Of a stretch of DNA of 64,000 nt, positions 27,001 to 34,824 are shown piece by piece (position 1 is the stretch's first letter; each line of letters begins with the position of its first letter). The notes under the pieces were generated by a model. That model was not told the DNA's origin. It saw only the letters and a program-made list of their open reading frames with translations, and ran no database searches. The DNA lies in NCBI GenBank assembly GCA_964493965.1, contig CAZBQQ010000003.1:22562-86561 (forward strand). Reading direction: 5' to 3'. Origin of the DNA: an uncultured Solibacteraceae bacterium. GTDB lineage: Bacteria; Acidobacteriota; Terriglobia; Bryobacterales; Bryobacteraceae. The translations under genes and the position numbers were made by a program.

Positions 27001-27853
27001 GCAGCTCGCCGGTGAAGAGCATCTTCAGCACCTGCCAGGCGCCGAAGGAGTCCCACTTCCACGTCGGCTCCCAGCGGCTGTGGTTGATGAAGCCGCCGTC
27101 CTGGAGCATGGGCACGAGTTGAAACGCGGACAGCAGGAGCGCGATGGCGCCGATCCACAAGGTGCGCAGAATACGCGGCCTCCGCGGCGTCTCCCTGTCG
27201 GGCAGAAATGCCAGCAGGCACAGGGTCACAGCGGCGATGTACCCGTAGATGAAATGGGAAAGAAACGTGAGCGCCAGAAAGAGGGCGCACCATCCGAGGC
27301 GCCGGCCCCGGCGGATCGCCGCGAAGCCGAAGCCGATGGCAAGGAGCAGGAAGTGCGTGGCCACGGCCTGGGTAAACAACCCGCTGCCCGCCCACAGGTA
27401 GCTGCCGTACTCGACGCCGTAAAGGAAGTTCGTCGAGACCAGCGGCGCCAGGAGGCTCGCCGCCGCAGCTTCCCACCACTCCAAAGACAGCAATCGCGCC
27501 GTCACGAAGAATGTCAGCGGCAGGAGCAGGACGGAAAGGAACCGCGCCCACACGAAGACGGTCATCAGCGACAACGTCTTCGCCGAGGCGAAGTACACCA
27601 GCACGACCAGGGCGTGGGCCAGCGGCTGATAGGTACGCAGGACCGGGTAGCCCAGCGACCACTCCGGCGACCAGAAATCCAGCGGGCTTCCGCGCTCCGC
27701 GGCCCTGGCCATGCCCTGGATCAGGCCGAAGTGGAATACGTTGTCGTTCAGGTCGACACGGCTGATGGAAAGCTCCGGCCAGAGGCCTACGGCGCCGGCG
27801 ATAAGCACGCAGGCCAGCAGGAGCAGCGGGGCCGCCCGCGAGCCGGCCATCAT
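24008..27853 (-). CDS. 1281-aa polytopic membrane protein with two tandem GT-C-like modules (putative glycosyltransferase)
   Basis: Many hydrophobic helices fall in two similar halves, each followed by a soluble domain. The second half has HENISHGILFPRWAPDLSRGTGQPLFEFNPPVIYY, as in the membrane proteins annotated as PTPS-related (COG5617-like). The ATG abuts the stop of the upstream collagen-like gene (TAGATGATG). Confidence 0.7.
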   Translation of the reverse strand: MMAGSRAAPLLLLACVLIAGAVGLWPELSISRVDLNDNVFHFGLIQGMARAAERGSPLDFWSPEWSLGYPVLRTYQPLAHALVVLVYFASAKTLSLMTVFVWARFLSVLLLPLTFFVTARLLSLEWWEAAAASLLAPLVSTNFLYGVEYGSYLWAGSGLFTQAVATHFLLLAIGFGFAAIRRGRRLGWCALFLALTFLSHFIYGYIAAVTLCLLAFLPDRETPRRPRILRTLWIGAIALLLSAFQLVPMLQDGGFINHSRWEPTWKWDSFGAWQVLKMLFTGELLDHGRLPVLSLLALAGIVVWFWDYRHKRRLHLAGTFVVSGALLWLLMFFGRPFWGPSLKMLGVPEDMQVHRVIGGAHVFLVLAAAIGLAALWRWLAARWHFAAAVAVTALLLYPMIRERAHLLSDNAVWGRRNLAEYHENRNAIDAVIARVRERGGRVYPGLAAGWGGKFKVGDVPFYAFLSRAEVPAVAFLYHSMALTGDVMVRFDEMDPTHYLLFNIRSVIAPAEGVALPPFLAPRERIGPFRIFDAPGVGYFDVVDAPFAVHTTRDNFYDVNDRWLHSDQAARKQHLRLDLYGDQTQAPRLDPEQQLFPAFSMGVPGFVASERQDGGSFEAQVQALRPSFALFRMTWHPNWKAYVDGRPEPTLVLSPGFVGLPLTPGPHKIVCRYEADHAKAILLLGGCLLALVLARVGPRPVLWKWAQHAVPRRVAVAAGLVALALPVAVSLITPRLPDGHDALEYFPRLEEFHENISHGILFPRWAPDLSRGTGQPLFEFNPPVIYYLSEFWHLAGFDFLTSVNLAAVTLVLASAAGMFLLCRLYFGPWGGWFGTAAYLYAPYFAVDLYVRSALAEFAAFPFFALTLYGFGAYAKTGKRGYLLAGAAAYAGVLLSHNAAALLFTPLLIAFLVFTAWTAHSWRLLRHQAYGFLLGLGLGACVWLPSLAERQYVGLARLLEGYLNYKNHFVYLHQLFYSPWGYGISVAGDQDGMSFALGWSHLLLAATAAIWILWSRRRGHLRRVSFGAMPCTHAHAEWPWLWFFAGAAAGLAILMLDVAAPLWDRMPLLQMVEFPWRLLGPVTLCVALLVAPLGALIGTLPRWRAGAAIAALALLILPGLAHCQPWRFRDMDLTLWTPQRIAMRGIEVTTAAEYVPRWVKTWPAYDPRPARIPGGEVVVWQGRLTPVSWSGRIRTAAGGTAEMPIAWFPGWVVRIDGSPVSTQPADPTGLIRFRVPAGEHTLDAEWTRTPPRRLADGISLLSLGILLVLAIRTVRPGPRLPPA

Positions 27854-29128
27854 CTACTGGGTGGCGACGACGTACCAGTGATGGTTGCCGTCGCTGAAGA
27901 GCATGATCGGCCCGAGCGCTGTCATTGTCGACGTTCCCACCGGAGCCTCGTTGAGGATGGTATCGCCGGACTGCGCCGTGATCTGGACCCGGATGGTGCT
28001 GGAAACGAGACTGGGGTTGACCGGAATCACCACGAGCCGCCTGCCGCTCACGGTGGCGTGCGGCAAGGTGAAATTGCCGGGCCCGCCGGACGGATTGTTG
28101 GTCTCGTAGTACAAGAACGTGTCGCTATCCGGGATGGTGTAGCCGCCGGAGGGGTGGATCGTGGGGTCCATGCTGAACTGATTGCCGGTGGGCCCGTTCG
28201 CTCCCGTGGGGCCAGTGGCGCCGGTGGCGCCTGCCGGGCCGAGCCCGCCGGCCAGTCCCTGGGCTCCCGTTGCGCCAGCGGGGCCGGTGGCTCCGACAGG
28301 TCCGGTGGGGCCGGTAGCGCCGGCCGCGCCCGCGAGTCCCTGAGTTCCAATCGCGCCGGCGGCGCCGGTCGGACCGACTGGGCCGGTGGGGCCGGTAGCG
28401 CCGGCTGCACCCGCCAGTCCCTGGGCTCCCGTTGCCCCGGCTGGACCGGTGGCGCCGAAGGGTCCGGTGGGGCCGGTAGCGCCGGTGGCTCCCTTAGGTC
28501 CATTGACGCCGGCGGGTCCGGTGGCGCCGGTTGGTCCGGCGGCGCCCGGTTGCCCGGCAGCGCCGGCAGGTCCGGCCGGTGCGATCACGGCGATCTCCAG
28601 CTCCGGAGCGTGGCTGGTGGCGGTGTTCTCCTTGCTATCGAGAGCGACGTTGGTTGACCCGATACCGGTGATCGAGATGCCGAAGTTACTTGCCGGGGTG
28701 GCCAGCCAGCCGTTGACCTGCGCCGTGACGTCAAACAGCACAAACGTATTCGCGGTACTCACGGGCGCGGTGGCAAAGGGCAGGGCCACGGACGGCTGCA
28801 CGGAGAAGGTCACCGTAGACTCTGCCCACGAGGATGTCACTGCAGACAGGCTGATGGATCCGGAGGTAGTCACCTTATCGACATAGACCTTGAGGTAGGC
28901 CACGGCGACGGGGCCGGCCGGGATCGAAGAAAGATCGAACTGCACCAGACCGGCACTTCCGGAGCCGATGTTCAGAGTGACGGCCGTGCCGAAATTGGAG
29001 CCGGACGCGGCGGACGAGACATATGTGTCCTGTTGGACCGGGATATCGGCGGCCCGCAGCGAGGGAAGACACACCGCGGCGGCAACAAGCAGAAACGTCG
29101 ATGCTCTGACAAGAGATTGGCTGCCCAT
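27854..29128 (-). CDS. secreted collagen-like repeat protein, paralog 1 (DNRLRE-like N-domain, ~43 Gly-X-Y triplets, C-terminal globular domain)
   Basis: The start is ATG 29128 with an AGGAGA RBS and the signal peptide [26 protein letters not shown]. The N-domain reads QDTYVSS...NFG...[10 protein letters not shown]. Uninterrupted GXY runs span nt 28184-28573 ([25 protein letters not shown]...). The C-terminus ends [13 protein letters not shown]. Confidence 0.85.
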   Translation of the reverse strand: MGSQSLVRASTFLLVAAAVCLPSLRAADIPVQQDTYVSSAASGSNFGTAVTLNIGSGSAGLVQFDLSSIPAGPVAVAYLKVYVDKVTTSGSISLSAVTSSWAESTVTFSVQPSVALPFATAPVSTANTFVLFDVTAQVNGWLATPASNFGISITGIGSTNVALDSKENTATSHAPELEIAVIAPAGPAGAAGQPGAAGPTGATGPAGVNGPKGATGATGPTGPFGATGPAGATGAQGLAGAAGATGPTGPVGPTGAAGAIGTQGLAGAAGATGPTGPVGATGPAGATGAQGLAGGLGPAGATGATGPTGANGPTGNQFSMDPTIHPSGGYTIPDSDTFLYYETNNPSGGPGNFTLPHATVSGRRLVVIPVNPSLVSSTIRVQITAQSGDTILNEAPVGTSTMTALGPIMLFSDGNHHWYVVATQ

Positions 29129-29139
29129 GATGTTCTCCT

Positions 29140-30387
29140 CTAGTTCGTCCACAGAACCAACCAGCGCGACGCGCCATCCGAGACCAATGTGATGCCGGCC
29201 TGCTGGCTTTGGCTGGTGAGCGCTGGTGGGAAGTTGGTATCCCAAATGCCGTCGCTGCCCCCAGGGATCACCGTGAGGAGGTGACCGTTGTACGGAACCG
29301 TGGCCTGCAGGCGGATCTGCTTGCCTGCGCCGCTCGCGGCACTGGGCAACTGGATGGTCGCCGCGGTAGTTGAGTTATCCACCAGGAAGACGAAGTGCGT
29401 GTCGGAATTGGCGATTACGGCGCCGTTGCTGAGCGTGGTGACGGAATCGTGGTTCGCGGCGGGACCTACGGGGCCGGTTGCACCGGCGGGTCCGGGGGCC
29501 CCGGGGGCACCCAGCGCGCCGGTTGGTCCGGTGGGACCCGCAGCGCCGGCTGGGCCCGCCGATCCGGCCGCGCCCGTGGCACCGGTGGGGCCGACAGGTC
29601 CGGTGGGGCCAGTGGGACCGTTCACTCCGGCGACTCCGGCAGCACCAATGGCTCCCGCCGGACCGGTAGCGCCTACAGGACCGGTGGGGCCAGTGGGGCC
29701 CGCAACTCCGGTCACTCCCGCGGGTCCGGGCGCACCCGTGTTACCCGTGGCCCCGGCGCTCCCAGCCGGGCCGGCCGCACCGGTTGTTCCGGCGGGGCCC
29801 TGCGCACCGGTGGGGCCCGCTGGCCCCGCGGCGCCGGAGAAGAGCACGTCCAGGAAGGCAGCGTGGCTGGTGGTGACGCTTTCCTTGCTGTCGATGTAGA
29901 TCGTCGTAGAGGGAATCTGGGCGCTGATGATGAACCCGTTGTTGGGACTGCCACCCAACCAGGAGATCACCTGCGCGGTGACGTCGACTTCGACCCAACC
30001 GACCGTGGTGGTCGGGACTCCGGACGCGACCACCGTGCCAGGCGCAGGTCCGCCAACTCCGGAAACGGTGGATTCCGACCAGGGCGCATTGGCAGCGGCG
30101 ATGTTCACGGGGCCGGGAAAGCTGACCTTGCTCACGTAGAACCACAGCCGGGCCCGGGCCACCCTAGCCGCCGTACCGCTGAGGTGGCTGAGGTCGAACA
30201 GCAGCAGACCTTGCGCCGCGGTACCGCCGCCGACGCTGATGGCGGTCAGGCCTCCGTGGTTGGAGGCATCGCCGGTGACGATGTAGGTGTCGCCCGCCAG
30301 GGGCGCGGTCTCGCCCCGGGCCAGCACGGGAAGAAGAGCCCAGCCGGCCGCCAGAAACCATGCGAGTTTCGAGAATTTGTGGCTCAT
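29140..30387 (-). CDS. secreted collagen-like repeat protein, paralog 2
   Basis: 415 aa with a signal peptide and a GGAGAG RBS. The N-domain reads GDTYIVTGD...[13 protein letters not shown] triplets span nt 29458-29835. The C-terminus ends [14 protein letters not shown]. Confidence 0.85.
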   Translation of the reverse strand: MSHKFSKLAWFLAAGWALLPVLARGETAPLAGDTYIVTGDASNHGGLTAISVGGGTAAQGLLLFDLSHLSGTAARVARARLWFYVSKVSFPGPVNIAAANAPWSESTVSGVGGPAPGTVVASGVPTTTVGWVEVDVTAQVISWLGGSPNNGFIISAQIPSTTIYIDSKESVTTSHAAFLDVLFSGAAGPAGPTGAQGPAGTTGAAGPAGSAGATGNTGAPGPAGVTGVAGPTGPTGPVGATGPAGAIGAAGVAGVNGPTGPTGPVGPTGATGAAGSAGPAGAAGPTGPTGALGAPGAPGPAGATGPVGPAANHDSVTTLSNGAVIANSDTHFVFLVDNSTTAATIQLPSAASGAGKQIRLQATVPYNGHLLTVIPGGSDGIWDTNFPPALTSQSQQAGITLVSDGASRWLVLWTN

Positions 30388-30399
30388 AGCGTTCTCTCC

Positions 30400-31668
30400 C
30401 TAGTCCCACTGAACGGGGAACCAGCGATGGTTGCCGTCCGAGATCACATGAAGGCGGTAGTTGATGGGAAACGATGTCAAGTTTAGGAACACCGCGTTGT
30501 GAACGATGATTTCATCGCCGCTTGCGGCCAGGACATCGAATGTGTTGCCGTTGGTAGTGAAATCATTGCCGACGATCCACACATCCTTGCCCGCCGTTCC
30601 GGGGCCGGCGGACGGCAAGGTGATCTGGGCATTGCCGGCGCTGGTGTTATTGACCAGGATGACGTTTTGCGTGAGAGATGATGAGATGGTTCCGGCCGGC
30701 TGCTCCGGCGAAATCGTAAAGCTATTGAGGATCGCTCCGGCTGGCCCGGCGGCCCCGGCAGCGCCGGGGGCTCCCGCAGCGCCCGTGAATCCGGCGGGGC
30801 CCGTGGCACCGACGGGGCCGGCCGCGCCCGCGAGTCCTTGGGCGCCGGCTGTTCCCGCGGCGCCGGCTGGCCCGGCTAGGCCGGCAGGTCCGGTGGCGCC
30901 AGCGGCTCCGGCGAGCCCTTGAGCGCCGGCTGTTCCCGCAGTCCCGGTGGGGCCTTGGGGACCGACGACTCCTTGTGGGCCTTGCGCGCCAGCCAGTCCC
31001 TGGGCGCCGGTAACGCCGGTATCGCCCTTCGGGCTGGCGCCGGCGGGACCGGTAACGCCAGTGGGACCGGCGGGACCTGTGGCACCGGCGGGGCCGGAGG
31101 GTCCGGCAGGTGGCGCGAGAACGATTTCGAGCACGGCCGGATGGCTGGTGGCGGTGCTCTCCTTGCTTTCGAAGCCCACCGAGGTGGTGGAGCTGGCCTG
31201 TATGAGAATCCCGTACGCCGACGCGCCGCTCACCCAGGACTGCACCAGGGCTGTGACCGGAATCGCAAGGTAGGAGTTCGCCGTGGTGACGCTGACGGGT
31301 CCGGCGGCCAGCGCTCCCGGCGCCAGGCCAGACAGACCGTTGACGGTGCCTTCTGTCCACGCCACGTTGGCGGCATAGAGGTTGATGGTGCCCGGCGAGC
31401 CGACCTTGTTGACAAACAGCCGCAGGGATGCGCTCGCGACATTGGCGGCAGTAACTCCGGGGGGCAGCTTACTCAGGTCGAACTGAAATAACCCCAGATA
31501 GCCCTGCGCCCCGCCCACGCTTACCGTAGCCGCCGCGCCGACGTTAACCCCCGAGCCGGGCAGGATGTACGCATCGCCGGTCAGCGGCACGGTCTGTGCC
31601 TGCGTCACCGCCTGGCAGAGAGCCAAGGCAGCAATTCCCCATAGAGCCCTTCCGAGAAACCCCATCAT
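30400..31668 (-). CDS. secreted collagen-like repeat protein, paralog 3
   Basis: 422 aa with a signal peptide and a GAGGGGG RBS. The N-domain reads GDAYILPG...[13 protein letters not shown] triplets span nt 30736-31104 with one interruption (GASPKGDTG). The C-terminus ends [14 protein letters not shown]. Confidence 0.85.
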   Translation of the reverse strand: MMGFLGRALWGIAALALCQAVTQAQTVPLTGDAYILPGSGVNVGAAATVSVGGAQGYLGLFQFDLSKLPPGVTAANVASASLRLFVNKVGSPGTINLYAANVAWTEGTVNGLSGLAPGALAAGPVSVTTANSYLAIPVTALVQSWVSGASAYGILIQASSTTSVGFESKESTATSHPAVLEIVLAPPAGPSGPAGATGPAGPTGVTGPAGASPKGDTGVTGAQGLAGAQGPQGVVGPQGPTGTAGTAGAQGLAGAAGATGPAGLAGPAGAAGTAGAQGLAGAAGPVGATGPAGFTGAAGAPGAAGAAGPAGAILNSFTISPEQPAGTISSSLTQNVILVNNTSAGNAQITLPSAGPGTAGKDVWIVGNDFTTNGNTFDVLAASGDEIIVHNAVFLNLTSFPINYRLHVISDGNHRWFPVQWD

Positions 31669-31705
31669 GTCCCCCTCTGCTACTCAACCAAAACTGCCGT
31701 GAACT

Positions 31706-32386
31706 TTACCTGCGCCGCCGCGCCAGCACGAACGCGCAGAGCCCGAGCGAACCTAACAGGAACGCGGCGGGTTCAGGCACGCCGGTGATCTCGGCGGCCG
31801 TACCAACGCCGGTGATGTCTACCGCCCAGGAACCGTTTCGCTGGGCGCCTGGGCCCTCGCAGAAGGGATTCCCTCCGCAGCCGTTGGCGGCGGTGAAATT
31901 GCCGTTGCCATCCTCGGAGAAGCCGTCGCCATAAGTGAGCCCATTCGCGAAGTTATCGTTCTCGGTGAGAACCAGGGCGTAAGTGTGCCCGGCGAGGAGC
32001 GTGGTGAGCTCAAGCAGCGAGTCGTAAGCGTTGAGCGTAGCCGGATCGGCAGCCACCACCCCTGTGCCGTCGTCGTTGCTGTCGACCAACGCGCTGGAGG
32101 CAGTGAGGCCGCCGGTGGCGTCGAAAAGCGACAGGACCGGATTGAACCCGCCGGGCGCTATGGCGTCGCCGGCAGCGTCGTTGCCGCCAGCATAGCTCCA
32201 GGTTCGCATCACCACGTCGCTCGACGGAGCGGTAAACAGGAACAGCTGCCGCTGATCGTCCTGTGTGAAGGTGCCGCTGAACGAGAAACTGGCGGCGGAC
32301 GCTACACCCGCGAGCATACAGAATGCGAAAGCACCGATTTCCAGGCGTCTCAGGCGCACGGGCAAACCTCCGAACCGGCTGTTCAT
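31706..32386 (-). CDS. PEP-CTERM sorting-signal protein (secreted, Asp/Gly-rich domain)
   Basis: 226 aa with an N-terminal signal. The C-terminal GVPEPAAFLLGSLGLCAFVLARRRR is a PEP motif plus TM helix plus Arg cluster. Confidence 0.85.
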   Translation of the reverse strand: MNSRFGGLPVRLRRLEIGAFAFCMLAGVASAASFSFSGTFTQDDQRQLFLFTAPSSDVVMRTWSYAGGNDAAGDAIAPGGFNPVLSLFDATGGLTASSALVDSNDDGTGVVAADPATLNAYDSLLELTTLLAGHTYALVLTENDNFANGLTYGDGFSEDGNGNFTAANGCGGNPFCEGPGAQRNGSWAVDITGVGTAAEITGVPEPAAFLLGSLGLCAFVLARRRR

Positions 32387-32559
32387 GGCAACTAAGTGGA
32401 GGACAGACCGAGCCGAAACGCCAACTCAGACGCAGCCGCAGACGATGCGTCCGAGCATTCAGCCCTCAACCACTCATTCTTGTAACGGGAGTACTGTGTC
32501 CATATTCGCATAAGTGCCGCCGCGCGGGAAGGGGGTGAGAAGAAAAAAAGAGCCGGTTT

Positions 32560-32841
32560 CTAGTCCTCCGGCGGATCCCAGGGAAGTCGGTCGGGCGGGG
32601 CCGGCACCCGCACCGGCTCGGGCGGCGATTCGCCGGCATTGCGTTTCAGAGTCCGGTTGGCCCGCGCATAGACGCGGTTCGCTGCCGTCGTCCGCCACCG
32701 CGCCTGCGTCTTCTTCCGCCGCGCCGCCTGGCACTCCGGCTTCGAGCAGGCCCGCTGCCGCGCTCCCACCCGCGCATCGCATCGGAACCAGTGCCGGCAG
32801 ATCGAGCAGGGGCGCTTGGGGACGCAAGGTTCGGATGAGGG
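32560..32841 (-). pseudogene. Cys-rich small protein remnant (CxxC ... CSKPEC) lacking a usable start
   Basis: The frame opens directly after a TGA and reads PSSEPCVPKRPCSICRHWFRCDARVGARQRACSKPECQAARRKKTQARWRTTAANRVYARANR... The only start is a GTG downstream of the first CxxC, so the gene is either degenerate or mis-started. Confidence 0.3.
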
Positions 32842-33318
32842 TCAGTTGCCGCTCGCGCAGGTCACTTCTGGTGAGCGCCGAAGGCCATCGTCCGACATCA
32901 GATAATTATCAGAAGCAGGGCCCGTTGGCGTGCCGGCATCCCCGCCAAGCGTACTCCTTGAAACTGCTGGTGGTGCCCTTCGGCGTGAGGCTGTGCCGTC
33001 AAGCAGGGCCTGCCATTCCGGCCTATACGCGCATTTGGGGCGCGCGCAGTAGTGGCGCGCAAGCGTCCGCCCTCTCACAGTCGCGGTGCTGGGTGATGGT
33101 AGAAGTCCCTCGCGGATGCAGCCTGCGGTTGGTCGACTGTCCCTCCTTAGCACGAGGTGGTCCCGGGCGTGCTCCCTGCGCTTAGAGGCAGATGCCGGCG
33201 GGCCGAGATGCAGAACCTGCATCTGGAGTGCGAAATCTGCCGCGGCTCACGCGTGAGGGCGCCGGGCAGCGCTCGCAGGCGGCGGTGGTCACGAACGTGC
33301 CTCCCTTCAAGGGAAGCC

Positions 33319-34635
33319 ATGACACCATATGAGGCAACACACCGATTCAGGTACTCAGCCGCGCTTGGGCTGTTGCTCTTCTGCTTAGCACCGGCCGCAT
33401 ACTCGTACTCCGTCCTTACCCACGAAGCCATCATCGATTCCACTTGGGACAGCGCGATCCGCCCCCTGTTGCTGAAACGCTTCCCGGCTGCCACCCCGGA
33501 TGAGCTGAAGCAAGCACACGGATACGCCTACGGCGGGTGTATTATCCAGGATCTTGGGTACTATCCGTTCGGCAGCAAGCTCTTCAGCGACTTGACGCAC
33601 TACGTCCGGAGCGGCGATTTCGTAATCAGCCTGATCCGCGAGTCGCAAGACCTCAACGAGTACGCCTTCGCCCTGGGAGCCTTGTCGCACTATGCCGCCG
33701 ATAACAATGGCCACCCCATAGCCGTCAACCGGGCCGTTCCGATGTTCTACCCGGCGCTTGGCGTGAAGTTCGGAAAGCAGGTGACGTATGCGGACGATCC
33801 GGCTTCTCACGCCGAGACGGAGTTCGCATTCGACGTCTTCCAGGCGGCCAGGGGCCGCTACGCCTCCGCCGCGTATAAGAGCTTCATCGGCTTTGAAGTC
33901 GCAAAGCCGCTGCTCGATCGGGCGTTTCAGGACACCTATGGATTAAGGCTTGAGAAGGTGTTCCTGAGCGTAGATCTCGCCATCGGATCGTATCGCCGCG
34001 CGGTTGGGACGGTGTTTCCGGCGATCACGAGGGTAGCCTGGCAACTCAGGAAGCAGGCAATCAGAAAAGAAACGCCCAGCATGACGCGCAAGAAGTTCCT
34101 CTATAACTTGTCTCGCTCCAGTTACGAGAAGAACTGGGGCAACACCTATACCCGGCCGGGCATCCGGTCGAAGTTCCTGACAGTGGTACTTCGCATTATG
34201 CCCAGGATGGGCCCGCTCCGAGCGCTGTCGTTCAAGAGGCTGACACCGGAGACCGAGAAGATGTACATGGCCAGCTTCAATTCGACCATCGACCGCTATC
34301 GCGAACTGCTCTCGGAACAGAATGCGGATCGTCTGACTTTGGCGAACGCCAATCTGGACGTGGGAACCCTGACCGCACCGGGGACATATAGACTGGCGGA
34401 TTCCGCTTATTCACGCCTGCTGGACAAGTTGCAGGGCCACTACACGGAAATGCCACAAGGGCTCCGGACCGACGTTCTCGCTTTCTACCACGACCTTGAC
34501 GCCCCCATTTCGACCAAGACGGACGCCAGCGACTGGACCCGGCTGCTCAAAGAACTGGGCCAGTTGCAGGCTGTGGACAGCGACCTGCGGCATGCTCCCG
34601 CGCTCGCCGCCGCCGGTCTGCCTGTTCAGAAATAG
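33319..34635 (+). CDS. zinc-dependent phospholipase C family protein (secreted)
   Basis: The start is ATG 33319. A signal-like segment RYSAALGLLLFCLAPAAYSYS is followed by VLTHEAIIDSTWD...GGCIIQDLGYYPFG...LGALSHYAADNNGHP, a His-rich Zn_dep_PLPC-type pattern. Confidence 0.75.
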   Translation: MTPYEATHRFRYSAALGLLLFCLAPAAYSYSVLTHEAIIDSTWDSAIRPLLLKRFPAATPDELKQAHGYAYGGCIIQDLGYYPFGSKLFSDLTHYVRSGDFVISLIRESQDLNEYAFALGALSHYAADNNGHPIAVNRAVPMFYPALGVKFGKQVTYADDPASHAETEFAFDVFQAARGRYASAAYKSFIGFEVAKPLLDRAFQDTYGLRLEKVFLSVDLAIGSYRRAVGTVFPAITRVAWQLRKQAIRKETPSMTRKKFLYNLSRSSYEKNWGNTYTRPGIRSKFLTVVLRIMPRMGPLRALSFKRLTPETEKMYMASFNSTIDRYRELLSEQNADRLTLANANLDVGTLTAPGTYRLADSAYSRLLDKLQGHYTEMPQGLRTDVLAFYHDLDAPISTKTDASDWTRLLKELGQLQAVDSDLRHAPALAAAGLPVQK

Positions 34636-34666
34636 GCGCGAGACCCAGCCTCCCGTCCTGCGCCCC

Positions 34667-34689
34667 CAGCACGGAACCGCGAGCGGACC
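34667..34689. repeat. dispersed REP-like motif copy (cagcacggaaccgcgagcggacc)
   Basis: It lies in the convergent intergenic spacer and shares the gcac-gaaccgcgagcg core with the repeat cluster at 48387-48598. Confidence 0.4.
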
Positions 34690-34824
34690 GGGCGATGGGG
34701 CATTTCGGGGATGGGCCCACCGGCTGCTATGCGTCGGACGCACCGGCGGCACCCGAGTCCGCTTGTCGGTAGATCGATCCGCAAAGCCTTGCCGGTTCCC
34801 TTGCGCCACAATCGCTCAGAACGT

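Noticed and set aside
24140-30486. Long plus-strand ORFs (24140-25897, 25949-26869, 26909-28657, 29395-30486) opposite the membrane-protein and collagen-like genes.
   Set aside because: They are antisense shadows. Their translations are dominated by Arg/Gly/Pro/Ala runs (the antisense of GXY codons or of hydrophobic helices), and they have no RBS or start context.
11910-31104. Regularly spaced repeats (the Pro-rich 159-bp repeats and the GXY triplet tracts) as possible CRISPR arrays.
   Set aside because: The repeats are in-frame coding tandem repeats without unique spacers, and no cas genes are present.
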